Part shown: piece by piece, positions 1 through 11,898 of the stretch | Position numbering within the stretch: the first letter of the stretch is position 1 | Layout: each line of letters opens with the position of its first letter | Origin: Scenedesmus sp. PABB004 | Lineage: Eukaryota | Direction of reading: 5' to 3' | Length of the DNA stretch: 64,000 bases | Assembly (NCBI GenBank): GCA_014905635.1 | Contig: JABVCE010000002.1 | Location: 992,001-1,056,000, forward strand | Translations under genes and position numbers: made by a program | Notes under the pieces: model-generated | Databases searched by the model: none | Told to the model about the DNA's origin: nothing | What the model saw: the letters and a program-made list of their open reading frames with translations, nothing else

Positions 1-2722
1 GGTGCTGGCGGTGGCGCGCAGCACTTCACCAGCCTCGCGCCGCTCACCAAGGCGCAGCTGGCCGCGCTGCGCAAGGCGGCGGCCGCGGGCAAGCGCGCAG
101 CCGCGGCGGCGGCGGCGGCGGCAGTCGGGGAGGCCGACGGCGAGGCGGAGGAGGGCGACGCTGCGGGCGGCGAGGACCCGGGCGACGCGCTGGTGGGCCT
201 CGCGCTCATGCCTGCGTCGGCGGCCCACACGCAGCGCCTGGCCGCGCCGGGCGGGCTGGGGGAGCGCGCGTGCAGCATGTTCTTCTTGCCCGCCGGCGCG
301 GGCGGAGAGGCGACGGGCCCGCCCGAGGTGCCGGCCGGCGCGCTGCGCCTGCTGCGCGAGCTGCTGCGCGGCGGCGCGGGCCGGCGGCCGTGCGTGGTGT
401 CCAACGCCAAGGGCGTGCTGGCGCGCCTCGCGGGCGTGGGGCTCGACCCGCCGGCGGCGCGCGACGTGGGCGCGCTGGTCGACCCGGAGGTGCTGGGCTG
501 GCTGCTCGACCCCCAGCTGGTGCAGGACAGCAAGGCCGAGGTGTATTGCCTCGCGCCGCAGCTCGAGCGCCTCGGCCTCGCGGTGAGCGGGGGTTGGGCG
601 GGGCGGCGGGGCAGCGGCGCCAGGCGGAGCAGGCTGTCCGCCGCGCCGCGCCGCGCCGCCGCCGCCCCATGCTGCCGCCGCCGCGCGTGCAGGCCCCCGG
701 CGTCGGCGCCGGCGCGCCGCTGGAGCGGCTCCACGCGCAGCTGCAGGCGTCGCTGGCGCTGTCGGGGGTGCTGATCAGCCGGCTGCGGGGGCACGTCGCG
801 CCGGCCGCGATACAGCTCGAGATGAAGGCGCGGCGCGGGGCGCGGGGCGCGGGGCGCGCCGTGTCCTGCAAGCCGCGCCGGCCGTCCTGCGAGCCGCCGC
901 TGCCGCCGCGCGCAGGTGGCGGCCGTCCTGGCGCGGATGGAGGTGGCCGGCGTGGGCGTGGACCCGCGCCAGCTGCTGCGCCACCGCCCCGCGCTGCTCG
1001 CGCGGCAGGCCGCCATCGCGGCGCACGCCGCCGAGATCGTGGGCCGGAAGTTCAACATCGCCAGCGCGTCGCAGCTCGCCGTGGTGCTCTACGAGGACCT
1101 GGGCCTGCCGCCGCCCGCGGGAGGTGCGCCGGCGGGGGAGGCGCCCTGCGCGCCGGGGCGCGCCGGCGCACCGCGGGTGCACCAAGGTGCGCTGCACCCC
1201 GCCCGAGGCCGGCGGGCGCCGCGCCCGCCTGCGCGCGCAGGCGGGCGCGGCGCCGCCAAGACGCACCTGCCCACCGACGAGGCGTCCCTCAAGCAGCTCG
1301 CGGCGCTGCACGAGATGCCGGGGCTGGTGCTCGAGCACCGGTGCGGCCGCGCCGCGCCCGCCCCGGCGGGCCCCGCCCGCAGCCGCCGCGCCGCGCCGCG
1401 CCGCCGCCGCCGCCCACGCACCGCGCAAACGACTGCTGCACACCACCGCCGCCGCCGCCAGGTGCGCGGCCAACGTGATGAGCAGGTGGATGGCGCCCCG
1501 CTGGGTGCAGCGCGCCGCCGCGGCGCTCGCCGGCGGCGGCGCGCCGCGCGTGCGGTGCAGCTGGAACCAGCTCCAGACGTCGACGGGGCGGCTCTCGAGC
1601 AGCGCGCCCAACCTGCAGGCGGTCACCAAGTACACGATCGACGCCCTGCACGCGACCCACGCGCCGCACGCCGCGCCGGCGCCGCACGCCGCGCTCGTGA
1701 TCAACACGCGCGACGCGTTTGTGCCCGCGCCCGGCCGCCTGCTGCTGAGCGCGGACTACAGCCAGATGGAGCTGCGCCTCCTCGCCGCGCTCTCGCGCGA
1801 CGCCGCGCTCGCCGCGCTCGTGTCCCGCCCCGGCGCTGACGTGTTCAGCGACATCGCCGCCGCGTGGCTCGCGCCCGGCGGCGCGCCGGGTGCGCAGCGG
1901 GGCGCGGCGGGGCACGCGCGCGGGGCGGCGCTGACGGACCAACCTGCGCCCCTCGCGGCGCGGCGCAGGCCTTGGCGGGCGCGTGGAGCCGGCCCTGCGC
2001 GAGCGCGCCAAGCGGGTGGTCTACGGCCTCATCTATGGGCAGTCGCCCTTTGGCCTCGCCGGCCAGCTCGGCGTGAGCCAGGCGGCCGCGGGCGCGATGA
2101 TCGCGGGCTTCCTCGACCGCTTCCCCGGTGCGGCCGCCGCAGCGGCGTCGCGGGCCCCGGAGGGGCACGCGGCCCACGCCCGCGCGCCGGTGCGCGCGCG
2201 TGCCCACGCCCGCGGCCGCGCGGCCGGCGGTGCCGCCGCCGCACAGGCGTGCGCGCGTTCCTCGCGTCCTCGCTGGCGACGGCGACGGCGCGGGGCGGCG
2301 TCGCGACGCTGCTCGGCCGGCGGCGCCCGATCGCGGGGCTCGGCCCGTCCGCGCCGGCGACCTCGCGCGCGGCCGCGTCGCGAAAGGTGGTCAACAGCAT
2401 TATCCAGGGCTCCGCGGCCGACGTGGCCAAGCTCGCCATGGTCGCCTGGGACGACTGGGTCGCGGGGCAGGACGCCGCGCCGGCCTCTGCGCGGCTGCTG
2501 GGCCAGATCCACGACGAGCTGCTGTTCGAGGTCGATGGCGCGGGGACGGAGCTCGACCCCGGCGGCGCCGCCGTGCTCGTGGCGGGGCCCGAGCTCGCGC
2601 GCGTCGCGCGCGCCGTGACGCAGCTCATGGAGGGCGCGGCGCCGGGGCTGGGGGTGCCGCTGCGGGTCAAGCTCGCGGTCGGCACGCGGTGGGGCAGCCT
2701 CGCGCCGCTGGAGCTGGGTTGA
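1..2722 (+). CDS. Family A DNA polymerase, POLN (Pol nu)-like; 5' part lies upstream of the window; multi-exon
   Basis: Spliced exons give WNQLQTSTGRLSSSAPNLQ, motif A ADYSQMELRLLAALS, motif B RERAKRVVYGLIYGQS, NSIIQGSAADVAKLAM and motif C QIHDELLFEV. Stop TGA ends at 2722. GC donor at 828. Confidence 0.9.
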
Positions 2723-2878
2723 CTGGGGTGAGCTGAGCTCGCGGTCCGGGGCTGGCTGGGCGCAGGATGCGGGGGTGCGAGCACCCGCTCGCAGGATGCT
2801 GGGAGGGAACGCACTTGCACCGCGTCTATGATACACACATCGTACACCGCCACACAGCAGCCACCCCACTCAGCCAGC

Positions 2879-3442
2879 TCAGCTGAGCCAGTCCTGCGCG
2901 TTGCTGCCGCCGGCGTTCGGCCGCGGCTCCGGCTTCTTCGCGTCCTTGACCGCCTTCAGCGCCGCCCGCCCGACCGGGCTCTGCTCAAACTGCCGCTGCC
3001 GCGCCTCCGCCTGCGTTGGCGGCGGCGGCGCAGCGGCGTGGAGGGGGAGGGCGCCGCGGTCGCTGCCGCGCGGCGCGCCGCTGCTGCCGCCGCCGCGCGC
3101 CGCCGCGCCCGCGCCGCCTCACCCGCTCGGCCGCCAGAACCCGCGCCTGCCGGTCTTCCTCAGTCTCTGGGCGCGCGCTGGGGCCGCTGCGGCGGGCGGG
3201 CGGCGCGCGGGGGGCGCGTGGGAGGGGGCGCGCCCCCAGAGAGCGTCCCCCGCTCGCTGCCCGGGCCCAGGGTCCACGCGCGCGCTGCACAGGCCAGGCA
3301 GGAGCTTCACGGTGGCTGACGAGCAGGCGCGAGGGTGAGGGTGCGGGTGCTGCGCGAGAGCTGACCTGAGCCTGCCGAACGCGTCGTTGTTGTCGCGGGG
3401 CGCGTACCGGTCGCCGCAGCAGCATGAGAGCACGCCACCCAT
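2879..3442 (-). CDS. Small (~90 aa) SVIP-like protein with predicted N-terminal acylation; 4 exons
   Basis: Manual splicing gives MGGVLSCCCGDRYAPRDNNDAFGRLSERGTLSGETEEDRQARVLAAERAEARQRQFEQSPVGRAALKAVKDAKKPEPRPNAGGSNAQDWLS*. It has Gly2 plus a Cys cluster and an AAE.A..RQ.QFE.S..GRAA helix like plant SVIP-family proteins (from recall). The small second exon is the least certain part. Confidence 0.7.
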
Positions 3443-3846
3443 AGTGAGGGAGCGCTGGCGGCGATCGCCGCGGCCGCGGCTGCTGCTGCTCCCCGGCGGC
3501 GACCGCTGCTGCTGCTGCTTCCCCGGTCGTGCCCGGCGGTGCTGGCTGGCTCCGTGCAGGGTGGGAGTGCGGCAGGTAGGGGCTTGCCAGGCAGCCGTGT
3601 GTGTGCGGGCCGTGCGGGGCTGCGCGTGATGGCAAGCACCCGTTACACCCGCTCGTCCAAAGCCCCAAGCCCTGCGCCGCGCCCCCGCATCCGCCCGCTG
3701 CCTACGCTCTCTGGTCAGGGGTCAGGGTCAGAGGGTCAGGGGTCAGCTACCCCGCTGGCTGCGGTCGCAGCAGCCGCACGGCTGCCGTGTGTGTGTGCCT
3801 GCCTAGTGCCCTAGTCGTCGCCCGCCGCGCGCCGCGCGCCGGGGCC

Positions 3847-6800
3847 TCAGAAGGGCGTGAAGTTGCTGTTGAGCGCGGTGGTGTTGCCCGCCAGCAGCTT
3901 CTGGGTCGCGTCGATGTGCAGCGGAAGCGCGAGGTCGCGCTCCTGCAGCACGTGCTCCATCGCGCTGACCAGGCCCGACCTGAAAAAGTGGTTGATCTGG
4001 TCCAGCAGCAGCGACGCGTTCTGGCGCGTGCGCCACGCGCCCTTGTTGTCCTTGCCCTCCTGCGCCGCGCGCAGCGGCGCGGGCGGCCGCGGTCGGTCAG
4101 CGCGCGGGCGGCCGCGGTCGGTCGCCGCGGCGGCGGCGGCGGCGCGTGCGGCCGCCCAGCGCGCGCGGCGTGCGGCTCTGTGCCCCGCGCGCGCGCGCGC
4201 GCGGACCCGCGCGCCCCTCCCCCGCCGCGCCTGCAGGTTCTCCACAAACTCGAGGAGGTCGCGGCCGATGAAGTCCCACAGCCCGCGCCCGGTCGCGACA
4301 AACACGCGGCCGTCGAGCGCGGCGGCGAGGTTGCAGAGCACCTCGTTGAGCACGCCAAACATGCCGGCGCTGAGGCTCTCGATCATCGCGTGCTGCTGCA
4401 TCGGCGTCATGCCGCCGCCCGCCTGCGCCGACGCCATCTTGGCCTGGTTGAGCAGCGTGAAGATGCTCGTGCCTGGGCTCGCGCCGAGCGCGGCGCTCAT
4501 GCGCTGGCACGTGCTCGCGACCGCGCTCGAGTACTCGGTGCGCAGCTCCTTGACCACCTGCGGCGCGCGGCGGCGCGCGGCGGCGGGGTGGTGAGCGCCG
4601 CGCCGCGCGCACGAGCGCGCGGCAACGCACCGCGCGCGGGCACCGCGGCGCCGCCGCCGCACCTGCGCAAACTGGGCGCCGACGTGGGGCGCGACGTCGT
4701 CGTAGCCGCCGTACTCGCACACGTCGGCCGCGCTGTGCGGCCGGCCGGGCGGCGCGGAGGCGCCGCCGCTCCACTTGTTGATGGTGCTCTCGTAGATCGG
4801 CGCCGCGACCATGAGGCGCTTGAGGCTGTTCAGCAGCACCGCCTCGCGCACCATGAGCAGCACGCGCACCGCGGCGCCGCCCTTGCGTGGGCTGGGCGTC
4901 TCGGGCGCCCACGCCCACTGCGCCATGCCGCCGCCGCCCGGGTGCCGCGCCGCCCTGCGCGCACGCGGGGCCGGGGCGGGGGCGTCGACGCCAGCGCAGG
5001 CGTGCGCGCGCTCGCGCGCACAAGCACGCGCACCTGAACTCTGAGGCCGCCGAGGCGGTCGAGTAGCGGTGGTTCATGGTGCCCCTGAAGGGGCTGCCCT
5101 TGCCGCTGCCGCCGCTGCCGCCGCCGCCGCCGACGACGCCGAGCGCGTCGCCGTACGGCCCCGCGCCGCCGCCGCCGCGCACGCGCGTCATGCCGCACTG
5201 CCGGCTGACCGCGGCGATGATCGCGCGCAGCACGACGCAGAGGCTGGCCTCGAGGTAGGGCCCGAAGAGCGGCCAGTGCGCAATGACACGTTCGTAGCGG
5301 TGCATCTCGTTGACCACGTGGCGCAGCATCTCGTGCGCGATCGGCGCGACGCCGCCCTCCTCGCTGCCGCCGAGCGGCGGCGCCTCCTGCGTCGCGCCCG
5401 ACGCGAGGCTCGACAGCTCGGTCGTCGCCTCGAGGCTGCGGCAGGTCGAGCAGAGCATCTCCTGGCTGTTGGTGATCCAGGAGCGCACGTGCGGCGCAAA
5501 GAGCTCGAGCGAGTCGATGCAGCCGGGCTGGCCGCGCGGGACGGCGAGGCCGTGCTCCTCCAGGTACCTGAGGGGAGGTGGACGGGGAGGGAGAGGCAGG
5601 GCGCCGGTGAAGCCTCAGCGCGCGCGCGCAGGCTGGGGGTGGTGGGCGAGCAAGCGAGCAAGCAGCCAGCCGCGGTGCCGCGCTGCCGAGAGCCCGCGCG
5701 CGCGGGTCGTGCACGCACCGCTGCAGCTGCGCGACGGCGACGAGCATGTCGATGGCCATCTCGGTGGGCTGGTTGGGCGGGCACTGCGCGAGCGCGCTGC
5801 GCAGCTGGTGCACGTAGTTCACGCAGTACTCGGCCGCCGTGATGGCGGGCAGGTTGAGCGAGCTCGGCAGCAGGCGCGGCACCTCCTGCAGCCGGCGGTC
5901 GTACTCCAGGTCCTGTGGAGCGGCGGCGGCGCGGCGCAGGGCGGCGCGTGTCAGCCGGGGGCCTGGCGCGCCGCGCCCCTGGGCGGCCAGGCTCGCCCAG
6001 CGTCGCCCCCCCTTGTCCCGCGTCGGTCGGCCAGCCCGCGCTCACGTGCTGGATGGCGCTGGCGACGCGGATGATGCGCGAGTAGAGCGTGTTGGCCTTG
6101 CCCGCGGGCGTGGCGCCGCCGCCGCCGCCGCGCGGCGTAGACAGGTGGCTGCGCAGCGGCGCGCCGCCCATCATGAGCGGGGATGTGGTGTCCGCCTGCG
6201 CCGCGCCGTCGTCGCAGAGCGTCGCGAGCCGGCTCCAGCGGCCCTTGGCGGCGATGCGGAAGCGGTCGCCGACCCACTCGATGTCGCTCGGGTGGAACAC
6301 GTCGCGCATCGCCTCAAACAGGTGCACGCCCGCGACGAGGGCCATGGGCGGGAACTCGGACGCCATCATGTGCGGCGGGCTGCACGCGCCGTCGAGGATG
6401 CCCTTTCGCGCGCCGCTGGAGAGCAGGTAGTAGTTCTCAAACGCCAGCTTCAGCAGCTCCTCCGTGTCAGCCTTGATCTTGCCCAGCATCGTCGCCTGGC
6501 GCGGCGCGCGGCGGCGGCACGGTGGGCAGCACGGTGGGCCGGGCGGCGTGGCGTGACGGCAGGGCGCGACTGCAGGGCCTCGCAGGGCCGAGACGCTACC
6601 GCCGCTGCCGCCGCCGCCGGCGCCGCTGCCGCGCGCGCACCTCGTGCTGCGTGAGGCTGCAGCCGCCGACCGCCTCCTGCTGCAGCAGCGAGCGCAGCTG
6701 GCGCGCGAGCAGGTCGAAGCAGGCCTGGCTGACGCTCGCGACGCCGGGGCGCAGCACCCAGCGCAGGTGGGTCATGACCGCATAGTTGCTGCGCACGCCA

Positions 6801-8778
6801 TACTGGCTCGCAAACGCCTGCAGCAGCCACGCCCACTCGCCCGTCACCTCCAGCCGCCGCTCGTTGCAGCCCTAAGCGCGCGCGGCGCGGCGCGGCGCGG
6901 GTCGGGGGCGTGGTCGGTCAGCCGCCGTGCGCCTGTGTCAGCCGCCGGGCGCCCCGGGCGCCCGGGGCGCCGCGGCCCCTGTGGGGTGGGCGCGCGGTCA
7001 CCTGTGCCTTGAGCGCCGCGAGCAGCACGTAGTCGTACGCCTGGAAGCTGCTGACCTTGAGCGTGCCCTTGCTCGCGCCGCCCTCCTCGCGCGCGGCCGC
7101 GGCCTCGGGGAAGCCCTGCCCGGGGAGCTCGCGCTGCGTGCGCTGGATGGTCAGCAGCACCTTGCCCGGGTGCGGCCCCGCGTCAAAGACGTTGACCCAC
7201 AGCCCCGTGGACCCGCGGCCGACCGTGACCTCGGGGCCCTTGAGCCAGCCGCACAGCGACTTGGGCGCGCCCGTGTGCACCTCCGCCTCGCTGCCGCCGT
7301 CGTCGCACTCGTCGTCCTCGGGCGAGTGCTCCATGCCGATCTGCCACAGCCGCTTGCAGCTGATCTTGCCCCTGCGGCGCCGCGGCGGCGGCGTGAGCCA
7401 GGCGGGTGAGCAGGGGGGGGGGGGCACGCGGGCGGCCGCGCGCGGGCCTCTGAAACCCGGCGCGGGCTGCTGCGGCGCGGCGGTCACCTGGCCAGCACCT
7501 CGTTGCCCTGCACCACCTCCAGGATGGCCTCGTGCGCGTGGTGCTCGGGGTGCAGGTCAAACATGGGCGAGCCGGGCAGCACGCCGCCGTCCTTGCGCAG
7601 CCGGAACGGCACGTCCACCGGCGCGCGCAGCTCCACTGGCACGAGCTTCAGGTGCACCGTCACGCGCGAGTAGTCCTGGTTGCGGCACACCAGCCGCGAC
7701 AGCGCGCTGCCCGTCCGCGGCAGCTCCACCTTGGACACGCGCACCTGCGCGCCGCGGCGGGCACGCACGTCGGCCGGCGCCTGCCTCGTGCCCTGCTGCG
7801 CCGTGTGCTGCGCCCCTGCCCGCGTGCCCCCCCCCCCCCGCCCCTCAATTGGGACCTTCCCCCCCCCCCCCCACACCACACCCACGCGCACGCACCCGCA
7901 TGATGCTCATGTGGTTCATGAACGCCGCCGCGCTGAGCTTGCGCTCGTCGGCGTCGTAGTCGTCCCAGTGGATCTCGTTGCCGAGGTCGATCGCGGGGCT
8001 GCCCACGCCGACCGCGGCGGCCATGTGCCCCGGCAGCACCGCCGGCAGGAGCAGCCCCGTGATGCCCAGCCCCGCGCGCAGCGGCTCGCAGCCGGACCCC
8101 AGGAAGTAGGACGCCTCGGCCACGCCGCGCGCGCCCTCGCGCATGCACACCTGCGCCGGCGCGGCGGCGCGTCGGGGGCGCCGCCCGCTGCCGCGCGGCG
8201 CGCTGCGGCCCGCGGCGCGCCCGCGCCGCGCCGCACCTGGCAGCAGCCCTCGTACGCGAGGAACTTGCTCCATGCCTCGCCGCGGCGCATGCGCACGATG
8301 TGCCCCGTGTTGCCGCCGAGGTCGGGGCCGCCGCGGGCCGCGGGGATGAGGTCGGGCCCGCCGTCGGCGAGGCCTCCCGGGTGCGAGTCGTCGGCCTGGC
8401 TGCCCTCCGCCCAGCGCCGCCGGCCCTTCTTGCCGCCGGACGCCACGCTGCTCGCCTTGGCGCTCTGGCTGCTCTGCCGCGCGAGGCGCGGCGGCAGCGC
8501 GAGCCCGGGGCGCAGGCTGCCGTGCGCGCCGAGCCCGCCCTGCTGCGGCTCGTCATCCTCCTCCATGTGCTTCAGCGCCGCTGCGCGCGCGGCGGGCGGC
8601 GGCAGGTGGTGGGCGCGCGCGCGGGCGAGCTCCCCCGCTGTCCGGCGCGCTGTCCGGCGCGCTGGCCGGCCGGTGCGCCGCCGCGGCGCGACGCACCTGC
8701 GTCCAGCGCGCTGGTCCCGCCATACAGCGGGTGCCCCCGCGGCGACGCCGCGTAGGGCGAGCCGCCGGCCCTGTGCAT
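3847..8778 (-). CDS. Large plant-type At4g24610/At5g65440-family protein (C2-like region plus Munc13-like helical region); start codon uncertain
   Basis: Exons encode AWSKFLAYEGCCQVCMREGARGVAEASYFL, AYDYVLLAALKAQ, WAWLLQAFASQYGV, EELLKLAFENYY and GRVFVATGRGLWD, matching the recalled family pattern. Stop at 3847. TGTAA on the minus strand at 3643-3647. Confidence 0.75.
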
Positions 8779-9555
8779 GCCGCTCGCCCCCGGCCTGGCG
8801 CTGCTGCGGCGGCGCGGCGCGCCACCGGCCGCGGCCTGCTTGCCGGCTGCTGGTGCGCCGGCTGCAGCTCAGGCGGGGCTCATGGCGGCGCTCGAGCACC
8901 CGCTCGCTGTGCTGCCGCGGCCCCTGCGCTGGGGGGCGGCGCGGGCGGCGCCGCAACAGCAGTCAACATCGGTCGTGGCACCCGCTGCAGCGCCTGCGGG
9001 CGCGCCAGCGCCCCAAACAACGGCTGGCCAGCCGGTCGGAGGCCACGCCGCACCTGCACGGGGCGCGCAGGGTGCGCTGGTCGCGCTCGATGCCGCGCGG
9101 CCAGCTGGCGCGCCGGGCGGCCGGACGCGGGGCGAGACTGCTCCGCAGCGCTGCCGAGTGCAAAGCGCGCTGAGATGCGCAACTGGGGAGCAGCTCCCGG
9201 GGGTCCACGCTCGCCGGGGTACGTTTCGCGGACCGCAGTAACCGGCCGCTCTGCGCGCTGGGGCAAGCTGGTGCTTTCCGCGGTGCTCAGAAGCTGCCCC
9301 CAGTGCGCGCGCGCCGCGTCGGCCGCTGCCGGGGGCAGGCGAACAGGCACGCGGCCGCCGGGGCTTGGGGGGCGCTTGCGCCGCCGCTGCGGTGCCGGCA
9401 CTGCCAGGGCGCGGCGCCCGGTGGCAGGGGCTCGCCATCGGCCTGGCCAGGTCGGTGACTGCCCCGCGTGCTCGGGCAGCGCGCCGGCAGCTGCAACTCG
9501 GGCGCGTTGCCACGCCGCGCCGCGCGCGCGCACCGCGCGCCGCGTGCCCAGCCCC

Positions 9556-11017
9556 TCACTCGGCCGGCGCCGCCGCGCCGCCTTCGCCGCCGGACGCGGC
9601 CTGCGCCTCGGCAATGGCGGACTGCAGGTCCACGAACGCGGCTACCATGTCGTCGTCCTCGCCCACGCCCGCCTTGGCCAGCAGCGCGGCGCCGGTCGAC
9701 GCCGCCTCCTCCGCCTCCTCCAGCGCGCCGCCGCTGTAGTAGGCCAGCCCCAGCAGGTGCCACACGTCCGCGACGCTGTCGTTCTCCGCGACCAGGTCCT
9801 CCAGCACCTGCGGCGCGCCGCGCGGCAGCGCGGCGCACGCCAGCTCAGGTGCGGCGCACGGCCGGCGCGGCACCGCACGGCCGGCGCGACGCGCCCCGCG
9901 TGCCGCCGCGCGCACCTGCACCGCGGCGTCGGTGGTGCTGTCCAGCTCCAGCAGCATCTTGGCGCACTCGAAGCGGAACTCGAACGACGGCACGCCGTCG
10001 TCGTCGTCGTCGTAGCCGTCGTCGCCCTCGTCGGTCTCCCACTCGCCGCCCCCGCCCGCGTCGTCCGCCGCCTCCTCCTCCTCCTCGCTCATCGTGACCG
10101 GCTTCTTGGGTATGCGCAGCTCGCCGTCCTGCGCGGGCAGGCGGCTGCGTGAGCGGGGCGCGGGCGCGCGCCACGCGGGCGGCTGCGCGCGCACGCGGCG
10201 CCGCCAGCGCCCCGCCGCAGCCGCCCCCGCCGCACCGCGTCTGCTGCTGCGTCCGCCGCGTCCGGCAGCTCCTCGTCGCCGCCGCCGTCCTCGCCGTCCG
10301 CGTCCCCATCGTCCTCGTCCTCGTCCGAGTCGGGGTCTGGGGTGAACCACAGCGCCATGCTCTGCCGCAGCAGCGCCAGCGCCGCCTCCGCGTCGCCCAG
10401 CTCGTACCGCAGGCTCGCCAGCGCCTGCAGCGGCTCGGGGCTCTCCGGGTCGGCGGTGCGTGCGCGCTGCAGCAGCGCCTCCGCGTCTGCTGACACCTGC
10501 GGCGCGTACGCAAGGCGGCGGGCGCGTGGCGCGGCCGCGGGCGGGCGGCCGCGGTCGCCCGGCCCCCCGCGGCCCACCGTCACCGCGGCGGCAGCCCGCC
10601 GCGCGCCCGCACCTCTGCGACGTCGTCCGCCGCGCCCATTTTTTGCTCCGCCAGCGAGCACAGCGCCGCCGCGAGTTGCTTGTGCAGGGCTCTGCTGCCG
10701 CCGCCGCCGCCCGCCTGCGCGCGCTCCGCGTCCAGCTGCAGCAGCTCCACGCCCTTCTGCGTCGCCGCGAGCGCCTCGGCGCCCTCCAGCAGCTGCCCCA
10801 GGTACATGTACTTTTCAAAGCCCTCCTCCGGCGACAGCGCGACCGCCCGCTGCAGCGCCTGGCGCGCGCGGTGGTGGCGGCCGCGGCAACGAGGGCGGCG
10901 GCGGCGTGAGCTCCATGGGCGCGCGCCCCGCCCGCCGGCCGCCGCGGGCGGCTGCCGGCGGCCGCGGGCCGCGCCGCCGCCGCCAGTGCTGCGCCGTCGC
11001 CAGCGCCGCCGTCGCCA

Positions 11018-11057
<40 letters not shown>

Positions 11058-11342
11058 ACCTGCACCGCCTCCTCGGTGCGGCCGAGCTCCGCGAGCAGCG
11101 CGCCGTGGGCGTCCACGATCTCCGCGTTCTCCGGCTCCAGCTCCAGCGCGTCCCGGAAGCACTCCAGCGCGGCGTCAAAGCGCTCAAACGCCAGCGCCGC
11201 CTGGGCGCGCTCAAACAGCTGCGCCGCCGAGAGCGCGGGCCGCGCCGCGCCCTTGGCCTTGGCGCGGCACCCGCCTGTGCCGCCGCTGCTGGCCTTCACC
11301 GTGGCGCCCTTGACCTTTTTGCGGTTGGGCGGGCGCTCCATG
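9556..11342 (-). CDS. TPR protein, Acl4-like (assembly chaperone of ribosomal protein L4)
   Basis: MERPPNRKKVK start, TPR helices (ALELEPENAEIVDAHGALLAELG; SPEEGFEKYMYLGQL; DPESPEPLQALASLR), an acidic insertion, PSFEFRFECAKMLLEL, and ENDSVADVWHLLGLAYY. Confidence 0.75.
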
Positions 11343-11898
11343 GTGCTAGGGGGGGGGGGGCAGAACTCGCGGAGTCCGCCGCCAGGCGTGCAGCGCCGCG
11401 TGCGGCGCGGGGCGGCGGCCGCAACGGCGGCAGGCGGCAGTCGGCCGGCGCGGCGGTGCGGCGTGCTGCGGCGGTGCGGCGCGCGGGCGGGCGTGTGACG
11501 GGGGATCTGTGCAGCGCGGAGAACGCGCTGGCGGGGGCTGCGGCGGGCGGCAGGGCGCAGCGCGGCGGCCGCGGCTTTGGGGTCCCGCCACACCCCGGCC
11601 GCGCGTCGCACCGCGCTGCGCCGCCCCCGTGAGGAACGTCGCCGCAGTCGCTCGCACGGACGCACCTCGCGCTGGCCCCACGGGCCCCCTGCGCGCGCCT
11701 GCCCCGCCTCCAGTGCCGCCCAGCGCCCTAGCCAAGCCGGGGCACGCCCCTGCGTCGCTATCAGGAGGCTCGCCACCTGTGCTCGGCAGACAGGCCCGCC
11801 CCGGCAGCGCCGCCGCACGCCGCCGATCAGCGGCGCCGCCCGCTGCTGCTGCCGGCGCGCACGGCGCAGCGCCGCAGCGGCGGCCAGCGCCCGGCGCC

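Noticed and set aside
3713..3746. Degenerate GGTCAGG repeats in a 3' UTR
   Set aside because: Short low-complexity repeat with no supporting structure.
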